A stretch of DNA of 64,000 bases from an uncultured delta proteobacterium. Lineage in GTDB: Bacteria > Myxococcota_A > Polyangia > Polyangiales > Polyangiaceae. The stretch lies in NCBI GenBank assembly GCA_963782055.1, contig CAWAIF010000003.1:1472001-1536000 (forward strand), read 5' to 3'. Numbering within the stretch: the first letter of the stretch is position 1; the number at the start of each line of letters is the position of its first letter. Under the pieces are notes generated by a model that worked only from the letters and a program-made list of their open reading frames with translations, did not search any database and had not been told where the DNA came from. Shown piece by piece: positions 11,114 through 20,402 of this stretch. The position numbers and the translations under genes were made by a program.

Positions 11114-13588
11114 TCACCCGGGGTGGGCGACGAGGACTCGCACCCGCTCGTCGAGTGCGTACCCGTCCTGTGCCCGCTTGAGGACGCCCCGCAGCCCGCT
11201 GGCGCGCAGCGAGGCGAGCGCGACGTGCAGCCGGTTGGTGGCGGTCGCCGCCGGCAGTCGCTCGCCTGGCCAGCCGGCGGAGATGAGGTCCGTCGCTCCC
11301 AGCGCCTCGCCAGGCGCCGTCATGCGCCGCCGGACGAGCTCCATCAGCAGCCGCCGGTGCACCGCCCGCCGGGCGATGTCCACACGCGGGCCGCCGGGGG
11401 GCTGGAACCAGGCGCCGTCCTCGCTCACCACCAGGGCATCGCCGTCGGCGGGTGCCAAGGCGGAGGCGGGCACGCTCGCCACCCGGGCGAGCATGCGGGC
11501 GGCGAAGCGCACGTCGTCCGACTGCTGGGCCAGCCCCGCCGCCGCGCCCACCCGCGCGGCGATCGCCCCGGCGTCCGCCCCCGGCGCCGCCGCGTCCACG
11601 CGTGCGCGGTGCAGCGCCACCGCCGCGACGACGCGCGGCTCCCCCTGCCTCGCCGCCGCCTCCTCCGCCGCGGCGACGCGCGCCGTCGCCGCCTCCCGGT
11701 CCCCGGCGGCCGCGAGCACCGCCGCCAGGCTCGCCCCGAAGACCGCGTTGAACTTCTCGTCACGCAGCGTCGCGGTGATCGCCAGCGCCGCCTCGTAGCG
11801 CTCCTGCGCCGCGGCCAGCTCCCCCTCCTCGTCGTCGAGCCCGGCGAGGTACCCCGAGGTGATCCCCTCGTGGCGCCGGTTGCCCACCTCCCGGTGCGTC
11901 GCCAGTGCGTCCTCGTACGCCGCGCGCGCGGCGGCGAGATCGCCGAGCTCCTGCAGCACGATGCCCAGATCCACCTGCACCATCGCCGCCGTCGCCCGGT
12001 CGCCGAGGGCGCGCTGGGTGGCCACCACCCGCTCCAGCCTGCCGCGCGCGGCGTCCAGATCGCCCTCGCCCAGGTCCAGCGCGGCCAGTCCGCTCAGCAC
12101 CACCGTCGCGCTGCCCACCTCGCCCGTCTCGTCGAAGAGGGCCATCGAGGCCTCCAGCCGCTCCCGCGCCTCGGCGAGCCGTCCCTCCGCCCGCAGCGCG
12201 CTCCCGAGGTAGGCGAGCGCCCGCGCGGACTGCCCGCCGTCGCGCGCTTTACGTGCATGATACAACGATCGCTCGAAGGACGCCATCGCCTCCGGCCGCC
12301 GCGCGCAGAGCTGCAGCGCGCGCCCGCGCACCAGGAAGAAGCGCGCCGCGAGCGCCGGGTCGGCGGCCTCGGCGCGCGGGAGATCGCGCGCGTCGTCGAG
12401 CAGCGCCAGGTACTCGGGGTACGGCCCGGTGACGGCGTACGGGGGATAGAGCGCGATCGCCGCGCGCAGCACGTCGGCGCTCCCCGACTCCGCCGCGCGC
12501 GCGTGGACGGCGAGCAGGTTGCCGCGCTCCAGCGCCAGCCGCTGCGCGTCGGGCACCCCGCCGTACCACGCGTCCCAGCGGGTCCCCACATCCAGGTAGT
12601 GCGCGGCGTGCCGCTCCCGCGCCGCGCGCGCCGCCTCGTCGAGCGCGCCCGCCGCCTTCCCTGCCGCGAGCTGCCGCAGCCCCTCGTACATGCCGAAGCG
12701 CAGTCCGAGCTTGGTCTCGGTGCTGCGCAGGAGCGATTTGCCCAGCAGCGACTGGACGACGTCCACCACCGGCGGCGCGCCGGGCTCCATCACGACGACC
12801 GCCTCCGCCGCCTCGAGGAAGAAGCCCCCGCAGAAGACGGTGCACTGCACCAGCGCCGACTGCTCGGAGGGTTGCAGCATCGACCACGACCACTCGAGGG
12901 CGCCGCGCAGCGACCGCTGCCGGTCGGTGCCGGTGCGCCACGCCGCCGAGACCAGGTCCAGCGCGCCGCCCAGCCGCGACGCCAGCTCCGCCGGGCTCAT
13001 CACCCCGAGGCGCGACGCCGCCAGCTCGATCGCCAGCGGCACGCCCTCCAGCTTGCGGGCGATGTCCTCCAGCGCCTCGCCGCGCCCCGCGTCGAACGAC
13101 CTGCGCGCGCGGCGCGCGCGCTCTGCGAGCAGCGCCACCGCGCTCGCGACGTCCAGCGGGCCCACCTCCACCACGTGCTCCTCCGGCAGGCGCAGCGTCT
13201 CGCGCGACGTCACCAGCAGCCGCGCCTCTGGACACGCCCGCAGCAGTCCGGCGACCACGCGCGCCAGGTCCTCCAGGATGGGCTCGGCGCTGTCGAGCAC
13301 CAGCACCGCGCGGCCCCGCGCGCGCACCGCGCCCGCGAGCATCGCCACCGGATCGCGCCCGCCGCCCAGCGAGACGTCCAGCGCCCCGGCGACCACCATG
13401 CAGGCGTCGGCGACCGACCGCGCCCCGGCCAGATCGCAGAAGGTCGAGCCGCCGCTGTCCGACGCCACCGCGCGGGCGAGCGCCGTCTTGCCGATCCCCG
13501 GCGGCCCGTGCAGCGTCACCAGCCGCGCGCCCTGATCGAAGAGCGCGGCCAGCGCCCGCCTCTCCTCGTCGCGGCCGAAGAGCACCAC
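11114..13588 (-). CDS. STAND/NB-ARC ATPase with TPR repeats and C-terminal winged-helix-like domain
   Basis: LFGRDEE, GPPGIGKT, LVLDSAE, VTSRE, GVPLAIELAA; TPR helices; WPGERL...NRLHVALASLR. Confidence 0.9.
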   Translation of the reverse strand: MVLFGRDEERRALAALFDQGARLVTLHGPPGIGKTALARAVASDSGGSTFCDLAGARSVADACMVVAGALDVSLGGGRDPVAMLAGAVRARGRAVLVLDSAEPILEDLARVVAGLLRACPEARLLVTSRETLRLPEEHVVEVGPLDVASAVALLAERARRARRSFDAGRGEALEDIARKLEGVPLAIELAASRLGVMSPAELASRLGGALDLVSAAWRTGTDRQRSLRGALEWSWSMLQPSEQSALVQCTVFCGGFFLEAAEAVVVMEPGAPPVVDVVQSLLGKSLLRSTETKLGLRFGMYEGLRQLAAGKAAGALDEAARAARERHAAHYLDVGTRWDAWYGGVPDAQRLALERGNLLAVHARAAESGSADVLRAAIALYPPYAVTGPYPEYLALLDDARDLPRAEAADPALAARFFLVRGRALQLCARRPEAMASFERSLYHARKARDGGQSARALAYLGSALRAEGRLAEARERLEASMALFDETGEVGSATVVLSGLAALDLGEGDLDAARGRLERVVATQRALGDRATAAMVQVDLGIVLQELGDLAAARAAYEDALATHREVGNRRHEGITSGYLAGLDDEEGELAAAQERYEAALAITATLRDEKFNAVFGASLAAVLAAAGDREAATARVAAAEEAAARQGEPRVVAAVALHRARVDAAAPGADAGAIAARVGAAAGLAQQSDDVRFAARMLARVASVPASALAPADGDALVVSEDGAWFQPPGGPRVDIARRAVHRRLLMELVRRRMTAPGEALGATDLISAGWPGERLPAATATNRLHVALASLRASGLRGVLKRAQDGYALDERVRVLVAHPG

Positions 13589-13721
13589 CCGGCCATTGTA
13601 CCCGCGCGATCACGCCGCGCGGTGGATCGTCGCCGGATCACCCCGCGCGCCCGGATTAAGGCCCCTTTAAGAGGTGTCGCCGCGGCCTCGGCTGCAGGGT
13701 GGAAGGCAAGAGGTGCTCATC

Positions 13722-15209
13722 ATGCGAACGACGGTGTCTGGTTTGTTGCTCATCGGAACTCTGGCCCTGGTCGCGTGCGGCGGCAGCCCCGACGACGCGG
13801 CGAGCACTGCGGACGATCTGGTCACGGTCTGCGCGGCCGGTGGCACGCTGGAGGGCGTCGACGTCTCCGAGTTCCAGGGCGCCATCGACTGGAACGCGGT
13901 GCACGCATCCGGCCGCGCCTTCGGCATCGCGCGGGTCAGCGACGGCACGCAGCACGTCGACCCCACCTTCGCCGCCAACTACGCCGGCATGAAGTCGGTC
14001 GGCATGGTGCGCGGCTCCTACCAGTTCTTCCGCGCGAGCCAGGATCCCATCGCGCAGGCGGACCTCCTGCTGTCGCGGATCGGCACGCTCGGCCCGGGCG
14101 ATCTCGCGCCGATGCTGGACGTGGAGGTGACTGACGGCCAGTCCAACGCGCTCATCGACGCGCGCATCGCCACGTGGGTCGCGCACGTGAAGGCGGCGAC
14201 CGGGCGCGACCCGCTCATCTACACCGGGCCGTACTTCTGGCAGCAGATCGGCTCCCCCGACCAGTCGCAGACGACGCTGGTGGTCGCCGACTGGGGCCCC
14301 CAGTGCCCGCTCGTGCCGCCCACGTGGGCGCGCTGGAAGATGTGGCAGTACGCCGACAACGGGCACGTGCCGGGGATCGGGCCGCTCGTGGACCTGGACA
14401 GCTTCGACGGCGACGGCGCCGCGCTCGCCGCGCTCGCCGCCGGCGGGCAGCAGCCCTCCGACCTGCCCGCGCGCACCGACTACGTTGGCATCGCCTCCAG
14501 CCAGGACGGCGGCGGCTACTGGGTGCTCAAGGGCGACGGCGGCATCTTCAGCTTCGGCGACGCCAAGTTCCACGGCTCGGCCGGCGGCTCCGGCATCGCG
14601 CAGCCGGCGATCGCGCTCACGCCGACCGACGACGGCGGCGGCTACTTCATCGCGGCGACCGACGGCGGCGTCTTCACCTACGGCGACGCCGGCTTCCACG
14701 GCTCGATGGGCGGCAAGTCTCTCTCCGGCCACGTGGTGGGCATCGCCGGCGACGGCAGCGGCGGCTACTGGCTCGCCGGCACCGACGGCGGCGTCTTCTC
14801 CTTCGGCGCGGCGTTTTACGGTTCGATGGGCGGTCAGAAGCTGAACGCGCCGGTCGTCGGGATGGCGGCGACGCCGAGCGGGAAGGGCTACTGGCTGGTG
14901 GCATCGGACGGCGGGCTGTTCGCCTTCGGCGACGCCGGCTTCCACGGGTCGATGGGCGGCAAGAAGCTGAACGCGCCGGTGGTGGGGATGGCGGCGACAC
15001 CGAGCGGGAAGGGCTACTGGCTGGTGGCGTCGGACGGCGGGCTGTTCGCCTTCGGCGACGCGCACTTCTACGGGTCGATGGGCGGCACCAAGCTCGCCGC
15101 GCCGGTCACCGGCATGGCCGCGCGCCCGCAGGGCGACGGCTACTGGCTCGTCGCGCGCGACGGCGGCGTCTTCTCTTTCGGCGCGGCCGACTTCCACGGC
15201 AGGCCGTGA
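13722..15209 (+). CDS. GH25 muramidase lipoprotein with six ~42-aa GYWLVASDGG repeats
   Basis: Lipobox LVAC; GVDVSEFQG, LDVE, WQY, VDLD GH25 motifs; C-terminal repeats. Confidence 0.9.
   Translation: MRTTVSGLLLIGTLALVACGGSPDDAASTADDLVTVCAAGGTLEGVDVSEFQGAIDWNAVHASGRAFGIARVSDGTQHVDPTFAANYAGMKSVGMVRGSYQFFRASQDPIAQADLLLSRIGTLGPGDLAPMLDVEVTDGQSNALIDARIATWVAHVKAATGRDPLIYTGPYFWQQIGSPDQSQTTLVVADWGPQCPLVPPTWARWKMWQYADNGHVPGIGPLVDLDSFDGDGAALAALAAGGQQPSDLPARTDYVGIASSQDGGGYWVLKGDGGIFSFGDAKFHGSAGGSGIAQPAIALTPTDDGGGYFIAATDGGVFTYGDAGFHGSMGGKSLSGHVVGIAGDGSGGYWLAGTDGGVFSFGAAFYGSMGGQKLNAPVVGMAATPSGKGYWLVASDGGLFAFGDAGFHGSMGGKKLNAPVVGMAATPSGKGYWLVASDGGLFAFGDAHFYGSMGGTKLAAPVTGMAARPQGDGYWLVARDGGVFSFGAADFHGRP
14823..15062 (+). 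repeat. Near-identical 126-bp tandem duplication inside the GH25 repeat domain
   Basis: tcgatgggcgg..aagctgaacgcgccggt..gggctactggctggtggc..ttcgccttcggcgacgc recurs at 14823 and 14949. Confidence 0.85.
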
Positions 15210-15354
15210 CGCCGCCAGGCTGACCCGTCCACGCCGTGCCCGTGCGCGTCGCGGGCACGGCGTTCCGCCCCGGACGCGCGTCGTCGTCACCGCGCGCCTG
15301 CTCTCGCCGTGCACCCGGTACATCTCTCCAAACGGCCGGGTGACGGAGATTCGG

Positions 15355-15795
15355 ATGACGCATGAGCTCCGGGGGCGCCGCCATTTCTTGAAGCTCGCCG
15401 CGGCGACCGTCGCGACGACGACCGCGAGCTGCCTGTACAACACGACGGGGGGCCCCTCGAGCGTGGACACCGCCGCGGGCAACGTGAGCGCGCTGCCGGT
15501 CGGCTCGCTCCAGGCGGTGGGCAACTCCCTCTGCGTCGGCCGCGACGCCGGCGGCGTCTACGCCATGTCCACCATCTGCACCCACGCCGGCTGCGACATC
15601 TCCGGCCAGGGCACCATCTCCTCGTCGGGCCTGTACTGCGCCTGCCACGGGAGCCGCTTCGACCCGAACGGCAAGGTCACGCGCGGGCCGGCAGGCTCCC
15701 CGCTGCAGCACTACTCGGTGACGGTCGACGCGCAGGGCGAGCTGACGGTCCACCCGGCGACGAAGGTCGACGCGAGCGCGCGCCTCGCCGTGTGA
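15355..15795 (+). CDS. Tat-exported Rieske [2Fe-2S] protein
   Basis: RRHFLK twin-Arg signal; CTHAGC and CACHGSRFD motifs; GGAG before ATG 15355. Confidence 0.93.
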   Translation: MTHELRGRRHFLKLAAATVATTTASCLYNTTGGPSSVDTAAGNVSALPVGSLQAVGNSLCVGRDAGGVYAMSTICTHAGCDISGQGTISSSGLYCACHGSRFDPNGKVTRGPAGSPLQHYSVTVDAQGELTVHPATKVDASARLAV

Positions 15796-15810
15796 TCACG
15801 AGGCGTGTCC

Positions 15811-17055
15811 TCACACCAGGTGGCTCGCCAGATCGCGCGCCAGCGCGCCGGCGTCCAGGGCGACGCTCGCGTCGAGCATCACGCCGACGCGCACGCGCCC
15901 GGCGTAGCTCATCAGCGTCACCGCCAGCGTGACGCTCCCCGGCGCGGGCGCCCACACCACGATGTCCTTCACCTCGGCGCCGCACACGTGCGCCGGCGCA
16001 GCGGGTCCGCGCACGCTGGAGACGACCGCGCTCGCCTTGCGCGAGAAGAGCGCCACGCCGGCGTGCTCCATCGCGCGGGTGCCCGCGCCCGCCGCCTCTG
16101 CGAGCCGCCCGCCCGCCGCGCCGCCATGGTGCGCGCGCGCGCTCGCGAGCGCGTCCGCCGCCGCGCGCAGGCGGTCGTGGGCGCCGGCGAGGTGCACGGG
16201 GAGCCGGACCCGCGCCGAGCCGAAGTGGTTGCCCTCGCCCGCGCCCGGCGTGCGCACCGGCACGAGCGCGTGGACGCGCAGCCGATCGGCGGCGTCGTCG
16301 TGGCCGAGCGCGCCGCGGAGCGCGCCGGCCACCGCCGCCAGCAGCACCGCGGCGATCGTCGCCTCGCCCGCGTGCGCGCGTGCCTCGAGCGCGTGGAGCA
16401 CTAGGGGCGGGGAGAAGGCGAGCCGCTTGCGCCCGGACGGCGCCACGCGCAGCGCGGTGCGGGGCTCCGGAGCGCCGAGCAGCAGCTTGCGCGCGCCCGC
16501 GACGCCGCCGGCGAGGCGCTCGATGCGCGAGGCGTGGCGCTTCGCCGGCGTGCGCGCGGCGCCCGGCGCGAGCCTCGTCGCCGCGCGCGCCCCCTCGTCG
16601 CTCAGCTCCGCCAGCAGCGCGAGCAGCGCGCCGCCGTCGGCGAGCGCGTGGTGCACGCGCAGCACGATCGCCCCGCCGTCATCGACGCCGTCGACGAGGT
16701 GGAGCTGCCACAGCGGCGCCGCCGGGTCGAGCGGGGTGCTCGCCAGATTGGAGAGCAGCTCGGCGAGCGCGCTCTCGTCGCCGGGCCACGGGCAGCCGAC
16801 GCGCCGCACGAGCTCGCCGGCGTCGAGGTCGGGCCGCTCCGCCCACCGGGGCGTCCGCAGGCCCGCGCGCCCCTCGACCACCACGCTGCGAAAGCGCGCG
16901 TGCGCCGCGGCGAGCCGCCGTGCCACCTCCTCCACCGCGGCGCGCGCGACGCGCCGGTCGAGGAGCAGCGCCGCGACGATCACCATCGGGTTCTGGCGCG
17001 TGCTCATGTGAAGCCGCGCGGCGTCGGCGGCGGCGAGCGGCGTGTTCCTCGGCAT
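15811..17055 (-). CDS. Wax ester synthase/diacylglycerol acyltransferase (WS/DGAT)
   Basis: PLWQLHLV, HHALADG catalytic motif, SSVRGP, MSYAG. Confidence 0.9.
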   Translation of the reverse strand: MPRNTPLAAADAARLHMSTRQNPMVIVAALLLDRRVARAAVEEVARRLAAAHARFRSVVVEGRAGLRTPRWAERPDLDAGELVRRVGCPWPGDESALAELLSNLASTPLDPAAPLWQLHLVDGVDDGGAIVLRVHHALADGGALLALLAELSDEGARAATRLAPGAARTPAKRHASRIERLAGGVAGARKLLLGAPEPRTALRVAPSGRKRLAFSPPLVLHALEARAHAGEATIAAVLLAAVAGALRGALGHDDAADRLRVHALVPVRTPGAGEGNHFGSARVRLPVHLAGAHDRLRAAADALASARAHHGGAAGGRLAEAAGAGTRAMEHAGVALFSRKASAVVSSVRGPAAPAHVCGAEVKDIVVWAPAPGSVTLAVTLMSYAGRVRVGVMLDASVALDAGALARDLASHLV

Positions 17056-17182
17056 GCCCACGGCGTGCCCATCCGCGCGCCCCGCGTCAAGGGCGACGCA
17101 TCGCGGCATTGAGCGGGACATGGTGGCTGCGTCGCAGGCTCAGGGTGGTACGCTTGGGCTGATTTTCGCAGAGGAGGCCGAA

Positions 17183-18973
17183 ATGCGCATCGCCGCTTGC
17201 TTGACCGTCGTCCCCTTCCTGTTCGCGCTCGGATGCGGCAGCAACCACCCCTCCAACTTCGGAGACGTCGACGGCGGCATCACCGACGGCGCGGTGGACG
17301 ACTCGCCCATCATCATCGGCGGCGGCGACGGCGGCGGTGACGGCGGCGGGTGCTCCGTGACCTGCTCGAGCGACCTGCACTCGGTCATCGACTGCCACGG
17401 CAACGTGGTCAAGACCTGCCCGGACAACCAGGGCTGCGGCGCCGGCGGCCAGTGCGTCGACGCGTGCGAGAGCGCGAAGGACAACAAGAGCACCATCGGC
17501 TGCGACTACTACTCGGTGGACCCCGACATCATCCCGGAGGGGCAGGGGGGTTGCTTCGCGGCGTACATCGCCAACACGTGGAACGGCCCGGTCGACATCA
17601 CCGTGCAGCGCAACGGCACCACCCTCCCGGTCTCGCAGTTCGCCCGCATCCCGAAGGGCAACGGGCAGTCGATCACCTACCAGCCGCTGCCGAACAACCA
17701 GCTCCCCGCCGGCGACGTGGCCATCCTCTTCCTCGCCTACGCGGGCTTCGTCGCGTGCCCGGCGGGCATCACCGCGGGCTACACCGCGGGCCCGGCGGAG
17801 GTGAACGGCACCGGGATGGGCAGCGCGTTCCACATCACCACTTCCCGCCCGGTCGTCGCCTACGACATCTTCCCGTACGGCGGCGGACAGAGCGCGGCCA
17901 CCAGCGCCACGCTCCTGCTCCCGACGACGGCGTGGGGCACCAACTACATCGGCGTCAACGCCTACCGCCAGAGCCAGATCGCGGTGGGCGCGGCCCCGTC
18001 GATGGACATCGTCGCCCAGCAGGACGGCACGCAGGTCACCATCAGCCCCACCGCGGCCATCGTGGGCGGCGGTGGCGTGGCGGCCACCGGCAAGGGCGTG
18101 CCGCACACCTACAACCTCAGCAAGGGACAGATCCTGCAGTTCACCCAGCCGGCGGAGCTCACCGGCAGCCCCATCCAGTCCAACTACCCCATCGGCCTCT
18201 GGGGCGCTGCCTCCTGCCTGAACATCGACGTGACCGACTCCGCCTGCGACTCGGCGCACCAGCAGATCCCGCCGGTCAACGCGCTCGGCCACGAGTACGT
18301 CGCCGTCCGCTACCGCAACCGCATCGACAACGGCCCGGAGGAGACACCCCCGTGGCGCATCGTCGGCGCCGTCGACGGCACCAAGCTCACCTACGAGCCG
18401 GCGATCCCCACCGGCGCGCCCAGCACCCTGCAGTCCGGCCAGGTGGCCGAGTTCAAGAGCGCCGGCCCCTTCGTGGTGAAGAGCCAGGACGACAAGCACC
18501 CCTTCTACATCTCCGCGCACATGACGGGCGGCGGCAACTTCGGCGGCATCGGCGACCCCGAGTTCGTCAACGTCATCCCGCCGCAGGAGTACCTGGACTC
18601 CTACGTCTTCTTCACCGATCCCACCTACTCCGAGACGGACCTGGTCGTCGTGAGGGAGAAGGACAAGAACAACACCTTCCAGGACGTCAACCTGGACTGC
18701 GCGGGCAACCTCACCGGCTGGAAGGCCGCCGACTCCAGCGGCAAGTACCAGTACACGCGCATCGATCTGGTGCGCCACAACTTCGCCAAGCAGGGCAACT
18801 GCGACAACGGCCGCCACTTCATCAAGAGCAACGCGCCCTTCGGCCTGACGGTGTGGGGCTGGGGCAGCCTGGAGACCACCGGCTTCAGCACCGCCTACGT
18901 GAGCTACGCCTACCCCGCAGGCGCCAGCATCCAGCCCATCAATACCGTCGTCGTCCCGCCCGTCCCCAAGTGA
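17183..18973 (+). CDS. IgGFc-binding N-terminal domain lipoprotein
   Basis: GAGGAGG RBS; lipobox ALGC; SATLLLPTTAWGTNY, GDPEFVNVIPPQEYL, SYAYPAG. Confidence 0.85.
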   Translation: MRIAACLTVVPFLFALGCGSNHPSNFGDVDGGITDGAVDDSPIIIGGGDGGGDGGGCSVTCSSDLHSVIDCHGNVVKTCPDNQGCGAGGQCVDACESAKDNKSTIGCDYYSVDPDIIPEGQGGCFAAYIANTWNGPVDITVQRNGTTLPVSQFARIPKGNGQSITYQPLPNNQLPAGDVAILFLAYAGFVACPAGITAGYTAGPAEVNGTGMGSAFHITTSRPVVAYDIFPYGGGQSAATSATLLLPTTAWGTNYIGVNAYRQSQIAVGAAPSMDIVAQQDGTQVTISPTAAIVGGGGVAATGKGVPHTYNLSKGQILQFTQPAELTGSPIQSNYPIGLWGAASCLNIDVTDSACDSAHQQIPPVNALGHEYVAVRYRNRIDNGPEETPPWRIVGAVDGTKLTYEPAIPTGAPSTLQSGQVAEFKSAGPFVVKSQDDKHPFYISAHMTGGGNFGGIGDPEFVNVIPPQEYLDSYVFFTDPTYSETDLVVVREKDKNNTFQDVNLDCAGNLTGWKAADSSGKYQYTRIDLVRHNFAKQGNCDNGRHFIKSNAPFGLTVWGWGSLETTGFSTAYVSYAYPAGASIQPINTVVVPPVPK

Positions 18974-19268
18974 GGCGCCGGGCGGCGCGCGTCGCCGTGG
19001 CGCCGCGTGCGGAGGCCGGTGGCAAGGCGTGCGCCAGCCGGGCCGAGGTCCGGCTCGAGGGCTCGAGGCGCTTGCCCGCACCGCGGGGATGCGGGGATGC
19101 CTCGCGATGATGCGGCGCAGGGCAGCCCCCATCCGGCATGGGCTGAGCGGAGCACGGGTCGCCCACTACGTCAGGACGGGGCAGCGCGGGACGTTACTCA
19201 CGCTCCTCGGGAAATGCCCCGAAGTGCGCGAAATCAACTCGCCTCACGCCGCCCCACCCGAATTCCAA

Positions 19269-19302
19269 TGAACCCTGACGATGTCAACGAACCGAACCCG
19301 CC
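19269..19302 (+). repeat. Direct repeat copy 1 (partner at 21826..21859)
   Basis: tgaac[c/g]ctgacgatgtcaacgaaccgaacccgcc; 33/34 identical, with a 28-bp exact core. Confidence 0.9.
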
Positions 19303-19349
19303 GGTACGCCCCAGCTCAATCGCCATGTCGCCAGAGTCGGGCAACACGG

Positions 19350-19961
19350 CTATCCGAGCACGCAGGCGCCAGCGTCATAGGCACTAACCCAAGACTCACC
19401 GTCGTATACCGGCATTACAACCGCGCACGCCCGAGACACAAACGCCTCGAGGGCCGCCGGCGCGGCTCGTCCAGGGGTCAGCGACGGAGGAGACGACACA
19501 CACACAGTCCCGGCGTCAGCTCTGCTCCGCCCTATCAAGTATGCAAGTGCGGCGTAGTTGTCTCCCAAGCCGCGCGCTCCAAGAAAGACGCTGTCGCCAA
19601 CGATCGTGAGCGTCTGTCCAGTCGCTCGCAACGAATCCAGAAACGTATCGCGCGCGAGAAACGGGTCCCCCGGGCGTGCAAAGGGGTGCTCAAACACTGC
19701 AGCCCACTCGGCCAACCGCAGCTTGTTCAAGAGCCATCGCGCCGTAGACATGGCGACTTCGGTGCGAGACGTGCCCATGCCGACGCTACTCGCAAAATCG
19801 TAACTTGTTGCATTCTGGTCCGTCAGCACAGCAAGTCGGCCGCGCGACACGCACCGAGACTCCGCGGCGAGCGCCGACAGTGGTCCTAGCTGCCTCAGCT
19901 CACCCTGGACGAGGCTACGGGCTCGCTCGTCCAGCTGATGTTCCTTGAGTCCTGCGTCCAT
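19350..19961 (-). CDS. Hypothetical protein, candidate immunity protein for the Ntox37-like tip
   Basis: ATG 9 nt after the restored toxin stop (19971-19973); atypical codon usage; function inferred from position only. Confidence 0.65.
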   Translation of the reverse strand: MDAGLKEHQLDERARSLVQGELRQLGPLSALAAESRCVSRGRLAVLTDQNATSYDFASSVGMGTSRTEVAMSTARWLLNKLRLAEWAAVFEHPFARPGDPFLARDTFLDSLRATGQTLTIVGDSVFLGARGLGDNYAALAYLIGRSRADAGTVCVSSPPSLTPGRAAPAALEAFVSRACAVVMPVYDGESWVSAYDAGACVLG

Positions 19962-19970
19962 CCTCGCATT

Positions 19971-20398
19971 CTACTTCGGGACGACTCGTCCATCGCGGAA
20001 GATCCGAAACGGCTTGCCGTTGCTGTCGGTGTAGTCGCAATGTGGGCCGATGGGGGGGGCCATGGCCCAAGTCTGGGTGAAGGCTTTCGTCAGTACTCGG
20101 ATTGTAGAAGCTACCCCGCCGAGTTCCAATGGCCCCTCTGCCGCGCCACTCCCAGTCTGCGCCTGGCGCTACAGTGGGGTCGTCGCCTGGCCATCCGCCG
20201 CTCCACGCGGCCCCCACCGTGTTGACTATTGCTGGAACGCTCCAGAGTGCCACGCCGCCGACCCCAACGTCCGCACCGAGATAGACATCTCGCACGGCTG
20301 CGAGCTTGTGACACGGCCACTCGGCGCGCGCTCGCCCGATCAAGTCTTTCGAGATCTCAATCAGATCCGTGCCCCATTGTTGCCACCGGTAATCAGCG
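19971..20398 (-). pseudogene. Orphan polymorphic toxin tip, Ntox37-like, with +1 frameshift
   Basis: PGDDPTVAPGADWEWRG...SFYNPSTDESLHPDLGHGPP; removing one base from the G8 run (20052-20059) continues IGPHCDYTDSNGKPFRIFRDGRVVPK*; no own start codon or RHS core. Confidence 0.8.
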
Positions 20399-20402
20399 CT
20401 AG

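Noticed and set aside
10964..14134. 1056-aa plus-strand ORF
   Set aside because: Arg/Gly/Pro-rich shadow of the STAND gene; long shadow ORFs are expected at this GC content
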